From Candidatus Baldrarchaeum yapensis (lineage in GTDB: Archaea > Asgardarchaeota > Baldrarchaeia > Baldrarchaeales > Baldrarchaeaceae): 64,000 nucleotides of DNA. The translations under genes and the position numbers were made by a program. The notes beneath the pieces are model-generated. The model saw nothing but the letters and a program-made list of their open reading frames with translations. It was not told the DNA's origin and did no database searches. The DNA lies in assembly GCA_016840465.1 (NCBI GenBank), contig JAEOSH010000006.1:2886-66885 (forward strand). The letters run 5' to 3'. Numbering within the stretch: the first letter of the stretch is position 1; each line of letters starts with the position of its first letter. Positions 10,596 through 20,227 of this stretch are shown in pieces.

Positions 10596-10982
10596 GTGGT
10601 GATCTTGATGACAAAATTAAGAATCACGATAGATAGGAAGAACCGTGTAATCTGTGGAAATTGTGAGAGCGTATGTTCTGAAGTATTCGAACTATCTCCC
10701 GATGATGAAAAATCCCAAATTGTTGAACAATTCAGAGACGGCGGTGATTCGTCAACCGGTATGGTCGATGAAACCCTTGAGCAATGCGTCAGGACAGCAG
10801 CAGACGAGTGCCCTATGAGCATTATAGAAGTAATGGAAAATTGGACTAAAGAACTGTTTATCATCACCAACCTCCGTTCTCCACATAAACTTTTTAAACT
10901 TCGGGATAAGAAGGTCCTCAGCTGGCCGATTCCTTATCATGCGCTTAAGATCATTTCATCTACTCAATTTGAACTACTATAA
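10596..10982 (+). CDS. small mono-cluster [4Fe-4S] ferredoxin (Pyrococcus-Fd type) with a C-terminal extension
   Basis: 'ITIDRKNRVICGNCESVCSEVFEL…CVRTAADECPMSIIEV' gives a CxxCxxxC…CP pattern. The likely start is the internal Met ('MTKLRITIDR'). Confidence 0.55.
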   Translation: MVILMTKLRITIDRKNRVICGNCESVCSEVFELSPDDEKSQIVEQFRDGGDSSTGMVDETLEQCVRTAADECPMSIIEVMENWTKELFIITNLRSPHKLFKLRDKKVLSWPIPYHALKIISSTQFELL

Positions 10983-11084
10983 TATTGGTATGCCGAGAAC
11001 AAGCCATAATTATTTATGTGAGATTTAATACTGGAAATCTGGGAACCTTTCATCAATTCATCAATAACCTCCATAGGGTCGGGC

Positions 11085-11721
11085 ATGCGGAGAGATTGCA
11101 AAGTAATATCAATATCGGGAAAAGGAGGGGTCGGAAAGTCCACAATCGCGACACTTATGCTAAGGTCTATTTTAAAGATGAAGAATGATGCCAGTATATT
11201 GATCATCGACGCAGATTCGGCCTCTACACTTGCACACATGCTATGCCTCCCGGCAGAAAAGACGCTCGCGGACATCTTAGATTCAAAACTCCGAGATTTA
11301 CCCCATCTGATGAACCGTTATTGTTGGAGATGGAACTAATCGACGCCATTATTACTGGTAAGGGTTTTGACTTGTTGATTATGGGTATGATTGAAAGAGA
11401 GGGGTGCTTTTGTCCAATAAATGCCGCTCTAAGGTTTTCGCTTAACGCACTGACAAGGTACTACGATCTCATAATTATGGACATGGAAGCTGACTTAGAA
11501 CATCCAATTCGCAGAACAAGTCATGATGTTGATGTTCTTGTCATAGTCACCGACCTCTCAAAAATGAGTATGGAAACTGTAAGGATGAGAAAGTGCCGGA
11601 GTTTGATAAACCACCGGAAGGGTATGTTATTGTCACTTCTTATAGAATTCTCTGCAACGGCTGTATGAGGTGTGTGAAAGCCTGTCCTAAGGGAGCAATA
11701 ACCGTAATAATGCCGAAGTGA
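11085..11721 (+). pseudogene. CooC/MinD-family P-loop ATPase with C-terminal 4Fe-4S ferredoxin motif, disrupted by at least two frameshifts
   Basis: Frame A has 'ISGKGGVGKST…IIDAD' (Walker A). Frame B, from about 11300, has 'GFDLLIMGMIEREGCFCPINAAL' (CooC CxC signature). Frame C, from about 11600, has 'KVPEFDKPPEGYVIVTSYRILCNGCMRCVKACPKGAITV'. The track shows two overlapping ORFs in different frames (11085-11339 and 11243-11668). Confidence 0.6.
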
Positions 11722-11802
11722 TGAGTTTTGATGAATAAATATTCGCTGTCCCTAATAATTGCAGCGTGGTTCAATGCTTAAGGATATCTGACATTAAGGG
11801 GC

Positions 11803-12390
11803 GTGGAACTACCGGGGAAAAACCTTAAAATGGATGTCGTTGCAATCCGCCCTATTGTCCGTGAACTAAAAAGAAGATTAAAACATGGAGTACCACCTAT
11901 TGGAATTTTACGTCATCTGATGGATGGACAGTTCCATACCACAGAGGATCTCGCAAGAAAGGCGGGCATGGATGCGGAGGTGATTTCTAAAATTTTATCG
12001 CAGAAAACCGATAGTGGATGGATAGAACGCATTAATAAAAATGGGAGAACGCTCTGGAGGATTAAGGACTATAGAGTACCAGCAAAGGAAGTCATTTTCG
12101 TATGTTGTGATTATAGAAACCTGAATAAAATGGTACAAAAATTACAGCAGTGCACGACGTGCTGTAATAAACTTTACGCGGCGTTTCCATATGACATCGA
12201 TAAGGAAACGACCGAAGCGCTAGGAAGAATGGGTATAGGCGTCTTAGTAATAAACCATAAGACGGGCGCCGTGAGGGAGGTGCAACCGCTGTTTCCTAGA
12301 AACTCCAAAGATATTAACATCGTAATGACGGTGTGCGAGATAGTAATCGCGGAGAATATTAGGCAAATGGCCCCAGCGCTTCTAGTTTAA
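11803..12390 (+). CDS. hypothetical protein with an N-terminal winged-helix-like segment and a Cys cluster (CC…CxxCC)
   Basis: 'TTEDLARKAGMDAEVISKIL…RTLWRIKD' is wHTH-like, followed by 'FVCCDYRN…QQCTTCCNK'. It lies 18 nt upstream of sfsA. Confidence 0.35.
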   Translation: MELPGKNLKMDVVAIRPIVRELKRRLKHGVPPIGILRHLMDGQFHTTEDLARKAGMDAEVISKILSQKTDSGWIERINKNGRTLWRIKDYRVPAKEVIFVCCDYRNLNKMVQKLQQCTTCCNKLYAAFPYDIDKETTEALGRMGIGVLVINHKTGAVREVQPLFPRNSKDINIVMTVCEIVIAENIRQMAPALLV

Positions 12391-12407
12391 GATAACGTGG
12401 TGGTAAC

Positions 12408-13121
12408 GTGATACTGTTCGAGGTAAAACAACCGTTGGTCGATGCTGTGTTTAGACGTAGAATAAGCAGGTTCATGGCAGAAGTACAAGTTGGAGACGAG
12501 ATTGTAACCGCTCATATCGGGAATTCCGGAAGGTTATCTGATGTTTTGATACCCGGTGCACCTGCACTCCTAAAAACTGTCACTCGCCCTGGAAGAAAAT
12601 CGCGTTTTGATATGATAGCGGTGAAACCCAGAGGATCTTGGATACTGGTAGACACTCATATGCACGGGGATATCGCAGAGAAAATTGTAGATTACGAGTT
12701 GGTACCCGAACTTTCGGGATATGAGATTCTGAAACGTGAAGTGAAGGTCGGGTCGCTGAAAATAGATTTTTTGCTCAAAAAGGAGGATACTTTGTGTTAC
12801 ATGGAGGTGAAGGGATGTACGCACCTCAAAAGCGGAAACGTGGGTGTCTTTCCCGATGCACCCACCATACGCGGTAGGCGTCATGTTAAATATCTCCTTA
12901 AGGCAGTAAAGGAAGGGATCGCCGCCACTATTACTTTCTTGGTATTCAGAGAAGAAGCCGAGAGTTTTTCGCCAAATTGGGATGTGGATCCGGAGTTCTC
13001 ACATCTGCTAAAAACTGCTTACGAAAACGGAGTTTTAATAGTAGCGTGTAAAATATTATTTGATGGGAGGAGAGTATGTTTCGAGAAAACACTTCCCATA
13101 AACCTAGATGAACAGAAATGA
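12408..13121 (+). CDS. sfsA: SfsA-family protein (sugar fermentation stimulation protein A homolog)
   Basis: 237 aa with 'VFRRRISRFMAEV', 'AHIGNSGRL' and 'SLKIDFLL', length and motif layout typical of SfsA. Confidence 0.7.
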   Translation: MILFEVKQPLVDAVFRRRISRFMAEVQVGDEIVTAHIGNSGRLSDVLIPGAPALLKTVTRPGRKSRFDMIAVKPRGSWILVDTHMHGDIAEKIVDYELVPELSGYEILKREVKVGSLKIDFLLKKEDTLCYMEVKGCTHLKSGNVGVFPDAPTIRGRRHVKYLLKAVKEGIAATITFLVFREEAESFSPNWDVDPEFSHLLKTAYENGVLIVACKILFDGRRVCFEKTLPINLDEQK

Positions 13122-13125
13122 GCGT

Positions 13126-13917
13126 TTAAGACAAATGGACTCGCTCCGGATATGTGTATAGGTTCATTCTATTTTCTCTCGCAAAGCATATTAGCGTCAC
13201 TCCTGTTCTTTCGGCAGTAATTACACCGGAAAGCAAAGGCGCGGAAACGGACACGAGTATTGGGATTCCGGCCATGGCCACCTTCATAACCATATCGGCA
13301 TTCTGCCTTCCCGAGCTTATCAACACACTTTTAGAGAAATCTGTCTTCAGGAAGACACCGGCACCAATAACCTTATCAACAGCATTATATCGTCCTGCAT
13401 CTTCCGAAAAGGCAACTAACTTGTTATCTGAGAATAGGGCGGCACAATGGGTGCCACCCGTTTCTTTAAAGATCTTGGCGTCCATACTGAGCACCTCCAC
13501 CATTTTCATAATCATATTCGCGCTAATCATGTAATTAGATTTCACAAACGGATTCCCTAATTCTTTTAAAATCTCTGAAACATACTCCTCGGTGGTATGT
13601 ACATGATTTGAAAGATCAACCGCAGAAGCCGAAAGATCAATTTTTAGTGAGGTTTTTATGTCAACAAAAGACCCATTCAGCGAAATCTCGAGAATATCAT
13701 TGGGTGATTTCAGAATCCCTCTCGTTAACAGCCATCCTATCGCTAACTCCTTTACCTGAAGTGGAGTTGCAATGAGCATCCCTAAAACCTTCCCATTGAC
13801 TCTTATGAAGACAGGCTGGTCCACTACCACAATCTCCTCAACGTCGTATACCGCATTTTTCGAAAGGTCTATCCTCTTAGCCCGAACTCTCCGTAAATAT
13901 GAAGTAAACGCTCTCAT
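13126..13917 (-). CDS. fdhD: FdhD/NarQ-family sulfurtransferase (formate dehydrogenase accessory protein)
   Basis: 263 aa with 'LQVKELAIGWLLTRGIL' and 'TGGTHCAALF', consistent with FdhD-family motifs. Confidence 0.6.
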   Translation of the reverse strand: MRAFTSYLRRVRAKRIDLSKNAVYDVEEIVVVDQPVFIRVNGKVLGMLIATPLQVKELAIGWLLTRGILKSPNDILEISLNGSFVDIKTSLKIDLSASAVDLSNHVHTTEEYVSEILKELGNPFVKSNYMISANMIMKMVEVLSMDAKIFKETGGTHCAALFSDNKLVAFSEDAGRYNAVDKVIGAGVFLKTDFSKSVLISSGRQNADMVMKVAMAGIPILVSVSAPLLSGVITAERTGVTLICFARENRMNLYTYPERVHLS

Positions 13918-13943
13918 AAATGCTCACCCGCTAACTCACCGGG

Positions 13944-14531
13944 TTATTTAAGTTTCTCCTCTAAAAATTGTTTAATTGCAACCAAAGTATCAAGGATTCG
14001 CTCCTCTACAGATTTTCTGCGCTCCTTCGTCAGAACGCCGATTCTCTCCAAAATCATGTCTCTTATTTGATCAGCATTGCACACCTGGAATAACGTCACC
14101 TCGGCCTTTGGAACGCCCATGGCCGCGGTGTGTACACATACGTTATAAAGCCCAAACCTTCTCTGTAGAGGTCCCTGCGTTATTTGTACGAGATGTATCT
14201 TCGCAAAACTCACCTTACTGATCTTCCTCCAGAAAACACCATACTCGGCAACTACGCCCTCCTCATCGATCGCGAACCGGACCGACTCGTAGAACTTCGG
14301 AATCCACCATAAGGAATATCCCACTGCTGCAACTATCACGGCGTTGATTATCATCATAGCAATAAATGCACCGATATCAGCTAACGAAACTATAATTAGG
14401 GGTATATCCCATGGCAGAACAAACGTGATCATGAACAAGAGAACATACGTCCTATAAAGGCTCTTCATCCTCGAGTCGGGTTTGAACTCGATAACTTTAC
14501 TCCCGGAACTCACGCTCATTCTCTTCACCAA
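13944..14531 (-). CDS. membrane-flanked bacterial-type PH domain protein (YdbS/YdbT-like)
   Basis: Two N-terminal TM helices are followed by a ~100-aa soluble domain. The architecture matches the bPH_2 (DUF304) family. It appears co-operonic with fdhD. Confidence 0.45.
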   Translation of the reverse strand: MVKRMSVSSGSKVIEFKPDSRMKSLYRTYVLLFMITFVLPWDIPLIIVSLADIGAFIAMMIINAVIVAAVGYSLWWIPKFYESVRFAIDEEGVVAEYGVFWRKISKVSFAKIHLVQITQGPLQRRFGLYNVCVHTAAMGVPKAEVTLFQVCNADQIRDMILERIGVLTKERRKSVEERILDTLVAIKQFLEEKLK

Positions 14532-14622
14532 TCTTTAGTAAAAATAAGAAGCTTTAAACATTGGTTAACGTATGAAGGAACGGAAGCAAGCTATGTAACT
14601 AATTCGAGTATCATTAAGTTGT

Positions 14623-15057
14623 ATGGGAAACTTTGTGAAAAATAAGGTGTTAACCTTGGGATTTGCCAAAGCGAAGTTCAAGATTTCGGGTAGCAAGGGG
14701 AGTGTTGAAGGTAATGCATTAGTTGATAGTGGTGCTTGGTATACGGTAATTGATGAGGAAATTGCGGAAAGAATAGGTGTGAGGTACACGGGGTTGACAA
14801 TTACGTTAACCTCGTTTTCTGGGCATAAAGTTCCATGCCGAGAAGCCATTGTTGAGTTTATAACAATTGAGGAGAAAACTGCACCATCGGAGTTAATAGC
14901 AGTGTGTAAAATACCTCAACAGGTCAAAAAACTACTCGTAAGACAAAATGTTGAAGATTGGATAGTTATCGGAGTGCATACACTCGAAAGGCTGGGGTAT
15001 GCCGTTGATGTAGTCTCTCACAGATTGGTGGAGTCTCCTGGAACTCTAATGATATAA
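14623..15057 (+). CDS. retropepsin-like (clan AA) aspartic protease
   Basis: 'NALVDSGAWYTVI' contains the D(S/T)GA catalytic motif in a ~140-aa single-domain protein, suggesting a homodimeric pepsin-like fold. Confidence 0.55.
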   Translation: MGNFVKNKVLTLGFAKAKFKISGSKGSVEGNALVDSGAWYTVIDEEIAERIGVRYTGLTITLTSFSGHKVPCREAIVEFITIEEKTAPSELIAVCKIPQQVKKLLVRQNVEDWIVIGVHTLERLGYAVDVVSHRLVESPGTLMI

Positions 15058-15071
15058 TTTCTCCGAGAATT

Positions 15072-16154
15072 TCACGCAATATTCTTCTCACTTATAAGCT
15101 TTTCAAACAGGTCTATAAACATCCTTGCGATTTTCTTCGGATCTCTCTCCTTTACGAAATTTCTCGCTTTTTCAAGGGCCTCCCTTGTTCTCTCGCCCAT
15201 ATTTAAGGCGTCTACAAGCAACTCCTTCAACTCGGCTCTATTGGTATACTTTAAAACCTCGCCGTTGAATGGCTCAAAGGACTCCGAAATTTTAGGAACC
15301 AGTAAAGGCCTCAATGTGCCTATAAACTGATAAACGGCGGTGGAGGTCACCGCAGTCGGGAAGGGTGGCGCCATTATTTTGTGTAATATTATCGCGTCGG
15401 ATGCAAAAGCATATTCGTCTAACTCCTGGTTCGTAAGCGGTCCTGTTTTCCGGATCTCCGTCTGAGGATACTTCCACTTGAAGTCCTTGTTTGTAATTAC
15501 TAGGAAGTAGGTATCTTCCAGATCTTTATCCGGTAGGGCTGGAAGATATGGCATATACCCTCCTCTGGCATATACAAGGACGAGCTTCTTGTCTAATGGG
15601 AGCCCAAGCTTCTTACGGCATTCCTCTTTGTCACCCCTCCTCTCGGGATAGCATGGAAACGGTATGTAGTGCGCCTTATCGCCATAGATTTTCTTAATGA
15701 ACCATTCCTGTGTCTTCTCTATGTAAACAACGGCATCCCAGTCAAACGCATAAAACTCCGGAGGCTGTGGCGGTGGGTCGCCATAAATCGTGCTCTCATG
15801 CATTATGTGCACAACAACCTTTGCCTTCCTCTTTATTATCGGGAAGATCAACGCAAGATTCTTCATCGGCAACATCTTAAGATCCTCTACGACAAATATA
15901 TCATAATCCTCTAAGAGGAACGGCCTAGGATCCAGAAAGTTCGTCTTCACCGAAGTTCCGAAACACCTTGTAACATAAGGCTCATCCTCACCTATTATCA
16001 CAGTCCCATGGAAGTCCTCCTTTATGAAGGTAAACACCCTGACCTCATAACCCATGTCGATCCATGTTTTAACGATGGGCTCCGCGTGCATGAACACTCC
16101 AGAATCCACATTCCACGCCGTCATTATTGCAATACGCCGGAGTTCCATGCTCAC
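15072..16154 (-). CDS. glycosyltransferase-like protein (GT-B/GT4-like N-terminus)
   Basis: 'IAIMTAWNVDSGVFMHAEPIVKTWIDMGYEVRVFT' resembles the GT4 N-terminal Rossmann fold. The remainder is a weak match. Confidence 0.35.
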   Translation of the reverse strand: MSMELRRIAIMTAWNVDSGVFMHAEPIVKTWIDMGYEVRVFTFIKEDFHGTVIIGEDEPYVTRCFGTSVKTNFLDPRPFLLEDYDIFVVEDLKMLPMKNLALIFPIIKRKAKVVVHIMHESTIYGDPPPQPPEFYAFDWDAVVYIEKTQEWFIKKIYGDKAHYIPFPCYPERRGDKEECRKKLGLPLDKKLVLVYARGGYMPYLPALPDKDLEDTYFLVITNKDFKWKYPQTEIRKTGPLTNQELDEYAFASDAIILHKIMAPPFPTAVTSTAVYQFIGTLRPLLVPKISESFEPFNGEVLKYTNRAELKELLVDALNMGERTREALEKARNFVKERDPKKIARMFIDLFEKLISEKNIA

Positions 16155-16535
16155 TCCTCCTGCGGCACTTCGATATTAAGCAACACTTCCAATATTAAAT
16201 TAGTTGATCGGTACGCCGTACACGCATATCCACGAAAAACCACTTTAAAAGTAGAAGAATTACTACTGATGGTCAAGGAGTAGAATAAAAATAATGATGT
16301 CCTCGTCGAAAATCCATAAAGCACCGCATAGGGGAGAAATCGTAAAAATAGTTCCTAAGCGAAAGTCTTGGATGTACGTACTGGCATCTCGTAATTTTTG
16401 AAATAAGCGAACTTTGAGTCGGAAATTTGCTCGCACCCGAATACTTTCTGTTATCTCTCTCCACGTACAGATAATATTCCCAAGCGTACTCCTAATTAGG
16501 AAATATTTATTTTTCGCAATAAATCAGACTAAAAG

Positions 16536-17804
16536 ATGAAGATTTCTCTGCTCGAAAGAGGGAGGCAAGTGGTACTTGATCCAATAAAGACGTGTCAGGT
16601 CGTGGAGCAGAAGCTTAATAACCTGAAGATGAGGGTTAGGACACGTAGGGAAGCGGACCTTTTAGAGGCTATTCGGTTCACTCGCTCAATGAACGACGTG
16701 AGGAGGGTTATAGAGAGCGATACAAGCATAAGTAAGAGGTTCCAAGAGTACGTTCTGCCAGTCGAGCAGGTACTCTTTAAAAGGATAACGGCGGACCCTG
16801 TAAACCCGCTACCTCGAAACGTTCCGCACGTTCGATTGATTGAGAATGTGGAGGAAATACCAGTTATAGGATGCGATACCAGCGAGATAAGACCTTCTGC
16901 ACATTATCTTCCTTTATTTATGCTAATAAACGTTGGAGTATTTGCAATGGGAGCAGAAGAGGGAGAATATTTCTCAGAGAGTGATCCTCACTTTTATACG
17001 TGGGAAGAGCTGACGGCACTGCATCCTCGCAGACTGAGGACTACCCTTAGAATAGACAGTCGGCGCATAGAAGCCCAATGTGAAACTATACTATCGGTGG
17101 TGGACAGAATAAGGGAGTCTGGGAACAGCAAGAGCATCATAGTGTTACTCGATGAAACACTATCCTTAGGCTATCTCGTTGGAAGATCGGCAGAAACTAG
17201 GGAGGAAACGGTAACAGCATTACTTGAAATGATGGGAGAGTTGAAGAAAAAGAATTGCATTCCCGTGGGCGTCTTTTATACAATGAGTGCTGCGCTGACG
17301 GTATCCCTCATCCGGGGAGTTATGTGTAGGAACAAGCCCTCGTGTAGCGTATGCATAGAAGGCGCCCGTTCAGGAGGTAATATTAAAGACCTACCGTGTG
17401 AAAAGTACATGATGCGCGACGTGAAACTCGTGGACTTGCTACTCGATCCGGGATGTAGAACCTTCTGCTTTGAAGTAAAAAATGTGATAACAAGAGCCTT
17501 CTCTTATACCGTGCTTGCCTTCTACCTAAAAGTGTGGAAAAATGACGTACTGAGAGTGGAAATTCCGCAATGGGCATCTGATAAAGTTAATGAGATAGCG
17601 TCCGTAGTTTACTTGCAGTCGATAATGGGCGCAGGATATCCGTACGTGCTCGAGAGGGCTCATGAATACGCTGTTATAAGGTCAGGGGAGAGAGACTGGT
17701 TCATTTCTATGATCTCGCGCGTCCTTCGTGACATCCTCCACATCGACCTTCGGATGAGCCGCAAGGAGATAATGAAAAAGATGCTCGGTGGAGGAGTTGT
17801 ATGA
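16536..17804 (+). CDS. nurA: NurA-like 5'-3' nuclease (DSB end resection)
   Basis: 422 aa with 'IGCDTSEI' as a candidate catalytic Asp motif and a C-terminal 'GYPYVLERAHEYA' (Y…H motif). It is first in an operon with herA, mre11 and rad50, overlapping the next ORF by 4 nt. Confidence 0.6.
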   Translation: MKISLLERGRQVVLDPIKTCQVVEQKLNNLKMRVRTRREADLLEAIRFTRSMNDVRRVIESDTSISKRFQEYVLPVEQVLFKRITADPVNPLPRNVPHVRLIENVEEIPVIGCDTSEIRPSAHYLPLFMLINVGVFAMGAEEGEYFSESDPHFYTWEELTALHPRRLRTTLRIDSRRIEAQCETILSVVDRIRESGNSKSIIVLLDETLSLGYLVGRSAETREETVTALLEMMGELKKKNCIPVGVFYTMSAALTVSLIRGVMCRNKPSCSVCIEGARSGGNIKDLPCEKYMMRDVKLVDLLLDPGCRTFCFEVKNVITRAFSYTVLAFYLKVWKNDVLRVEIPQWASDKVNEIASVVYLQSIMGAGYPYVLERAHEYAVIRSGERDWFISMISRVLRDILHIDLRMSRKEIMKKMLGGGVV

Positions 17805-18457
17805 GCATTTTTGACATGTTAAGAGCCAAGTACTCCAAGCCGGAAATGGCATTCGGGGAGGTAATAGAATCTTCAACAGTGAAATTCGATGTCTGCGCAT
17901 ATGATCATGAGCATACGCCGCAACACGGCGCATTTGTTCTTGTAAATTGTGACCACATACTGGTCATGGGTGTCGTGATACACTCCGAGATGCGTGCGGC
18001 TCCCGGCCTTCCCCGAATCCCTCAGAGACTCAGAATGACCCGTGATGAACTGAGAAGACGGTATCCTGATCTCAGGGACAATATTCTTGACATTTATACG
18101 GCGGTTGTCGTGGGATATTGTTCACGATCCGGCGTCGTACAAAGTCTTCCTCCCGAGAAGCCCCGCATCCACGACCTCGCCTTCATTTTAGATAAGGATC
18201 ACATAATAGAATTTCTAAACCCACACGGCGAGTGCATTGAAATGAACTATCTCCCCCTCCTAACCGTGCCCGTTGCTGCACCCGAAGTTCCCTTCGTCAT
18301 AGAACGTCACCTCAGATTTCTTGCCGAAATCTTAGATCAAAGCTTCCGATCGGAACTATTTAGGGCGCTCTGTACATCGGTTAATGAACATTTTAAAGGT
18401 GATGCGGCAGCTATGTTGCTAAAAATAGGAAGGAAAACCCTATTGGAGGGGGTATAA
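17801..18457 (+). CDS. uncharacterised 218-aa protein inside the nurA–herA–mre11–rad50 operon
   Basis: Its start overlaps the nurA stop (ATGA) and its stop overlaps the herA start (TAATG). There are no recognisable catalytic motifs, and the N-terminus is beta-rich ('EVIESSTVKFDVCAYD…GAFVLVNCDHILVMGVVIH'). Confidence 0.5.
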   Translation: MSIFDMLRAKYSKPEMAFGEVIESSTVKFDVCAYDHEHTPQHGAFVLVNCDHILVMGVVIHSEMRAAPGLPRIPQRLRMTRDELRRRYPDLRDNILDIYTAVVVGYCSRSGVVQSLPPEKPRIHDLAFILDKDHIIEFLNPHGECIEMNYLPLLTVPVAAPEVPFVIERHLRFLAEILDQSFRSELFRALCTSVNEHFKGDAAAMLLKIGRKTLLEGV

Positions 18458-20223
18458 TGAAATTAGAGGAAGAAAAGGACCCCACATTCGCATTCGTCGT
18501 ACAAGGCTCCTTAGATAAGGGAGTTATCGCGCAGCTAAGACGCGGATATCTAAGTGAGGATGTCCAATGTTCTTCTCTTACCACGATCAAGGGACGCAAC
18601 TTTCTCTTCCTAGGGCTCATCTCAAATATCGAGGTTTCTCGAAAGAGCGTCGTAGATGAAACTGTTAGGCATGAAGGTATCGATAAAAGCGCCGATGAGG
18701 TGGAAAGAGAAGCCGTATTGCACGGGTTGATAAACACAGGTGAGGGTCGCCCAGAAATCAGAATAATACCAATAGCTGTGGCGAGGGAAATCGATGGACG
18801 AGTATGTGTGGAGGGCGCGGATACGATACCATACTACATGGCAGAGGTTAAGGTTCCCGATGAGAGCGAAATAAAGGCGTTCTACACCCCGCAAAGGGGT
18901 GAAGGATTCGTAATAGGATATCCCAAGAGCCCAATAGCAAGCCAACAGATATCATCCGGTGTGCTCATGGATCTTGAGGTGCTGGTTCGTGGGACCTTCG
19001 GAATATTCGGAAAAAGTGGGACAGGTAAAACTTTCTTGGGAAACTATCTCGCGTCTGGAATTGTACTATGGAACAAAAAGAATCTCTTCTCCAAGAAGGT
19101 AAAACTCCTAATATTTGACATGCACTCGGAATATGGAACCCAACTTTTCAGCTCCAGGGGAGATACTTACGGTCCAGGAGTTGCAAAAGCATTTCCCGAG
19201 GAGTTCCTAGTATTTTCCCCGGATCACCAATTTGCAAAGGAGCATTCTCTCGAACCCTTGCAGATAAATGCCGGGAATATAACAATAGAAGATCTGGCAG
19301 CAACAGCTGAAGCCTTAGGATTATCAGAAGCATATCTGAGCCACTTGGAAACGTTCAGGCGGATAGCAGAGGATATATTGGATAAATACCGGAGAGAAGC
19401 AAGTAACAGGGGGATTACCAACTGGTTCCAGTTCATAACATCACTCGACGACGAACTTGGTCCTTCATTAACGAATCCACTAGAAGAGAGACTGAGAAGC
19501 ATATCACCAGGTGCAAAATTCGCCTATACCAGCGGAAGGAGCAGGCTTCGGAGATTGAAGAGATACGAGTTCATAAACTGGTTCGGAACGGGAGCAGACT
19601 CAGTAGACACAATAATATCCGAGTTGCTTGATGGAAAACGCAGCGTTGTAATATCGTTTGGAAGATACGGGGATGATAGAACTGCATACATGTTCATAGC
19701 AAACATAGTTGCGCGCAGATTATGGAGAGAATGCGTCGATAGAATAATGAGCGGAAGAGAGCTCCACTACAGGGTTGTAATTTTTATAGAGGAGGCGCAC
19801 AAGTTCCTAGGACCGGATGTCTACTACATGAGCCCGTTCGGCGATATTGCTAGGGAATTGAGAAAACGCGGCGTTATTCTCTGCGTTATCGATCAAACTC
19901 CATCGCAGATATGTGATGACGTTCGTGGAATGTTATGGAACAAATTTGTGATGTGTCTCGAGAACGAAAAGGACATAGAGGCCGCATCTATAGGATTACC
20001 CTTCCCACATCTCTTTAAACCGGTAATCCAGCGCCTACAGCGGCAGGAAGTGCTCGTATTTGGCGAGGCAATAAACGTCCCGGCTGTTGTTAAGGTTCCC
20101 GAATATAAGGAGAGAATTAAGGAAATGAGAGCCCAGTATCTTGAAATAAAGGCAAAGGAAGCGGAAGAAGAAAAGGTGCGGGAAAAAGCATTCGAAGAAC
20201 TCACGGGGCTACCGGTGGGATGA
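18457..20223 (+). CDS. herA: HerA-family hexameric DNA helicase/translocase
   Basis: 588 aa with Walker A 'FGIFGKSGTGKTFL', Walker B 'VVIFIEEAHKF' and a FtsK/HerA-type ATPase core. It lies immediately upstream of mre11. Confidence 0.85.
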   Translation: MKLEEEKDPTFAFVVQGSLDKGVIAQLRRGYLSEDVQCSSLTTIKGRNFLFLGLISNIEVSRKSVVDETVRHEGIDKSADEVEREAVLHGLINTGEGRPEIRIIPIAVAREIDGRVCVEGADTIPYYMAEVKVPDESEIKAFYTPQRGEGFVIGYPKSPIASQQISSGVLMDLEVLVRGTFGIFGKSGTGKTFLGNYLASGIVLWNKKNLFSKKVKLLIFDMHSEYGTQLFSSRGDTYGPGVAKAFPEEFLVFSPDHQFAKEHSLEPLQINAGNITIEDLAATAEALGLSEAYLSHLETFRRIAEDILDKYRREASNRGITNWFQFITSLDDELGPSLTNPLEERLRSISPGAKFAYTSGRSRLRRLKRYEFINWFGTGADSVDTIISELLDGKRSVVISFGRYGDDRTAYMFIANIVARRLWRECVDRIMSGRELHYRVVIFIEEAHKFLGPDVYYMSPFGDIARELRKRGVILCVIDQTPSQICDDVRGMLWNKFVMCLENEKDIEAASIGLPFPHLFKPVIQRLQRQEVLVFGEAINVPAVVKVPEYKERIKEMRAQYLEIKAKEAEEEKVREKAFEELTGLPVG

Positions 20224-20227
20224 GTTC

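Noticed and set aside
10596-10982. Apparent one-nucleotide frame discrepancy near 10682 when I translated the ferredoxin ORF by eye.
   Set aside because: The supplied ORF track gives a continuous 128-aa ORF. My character-level reading is error-prone at single-base resolution, so I do not call a frameshift here.
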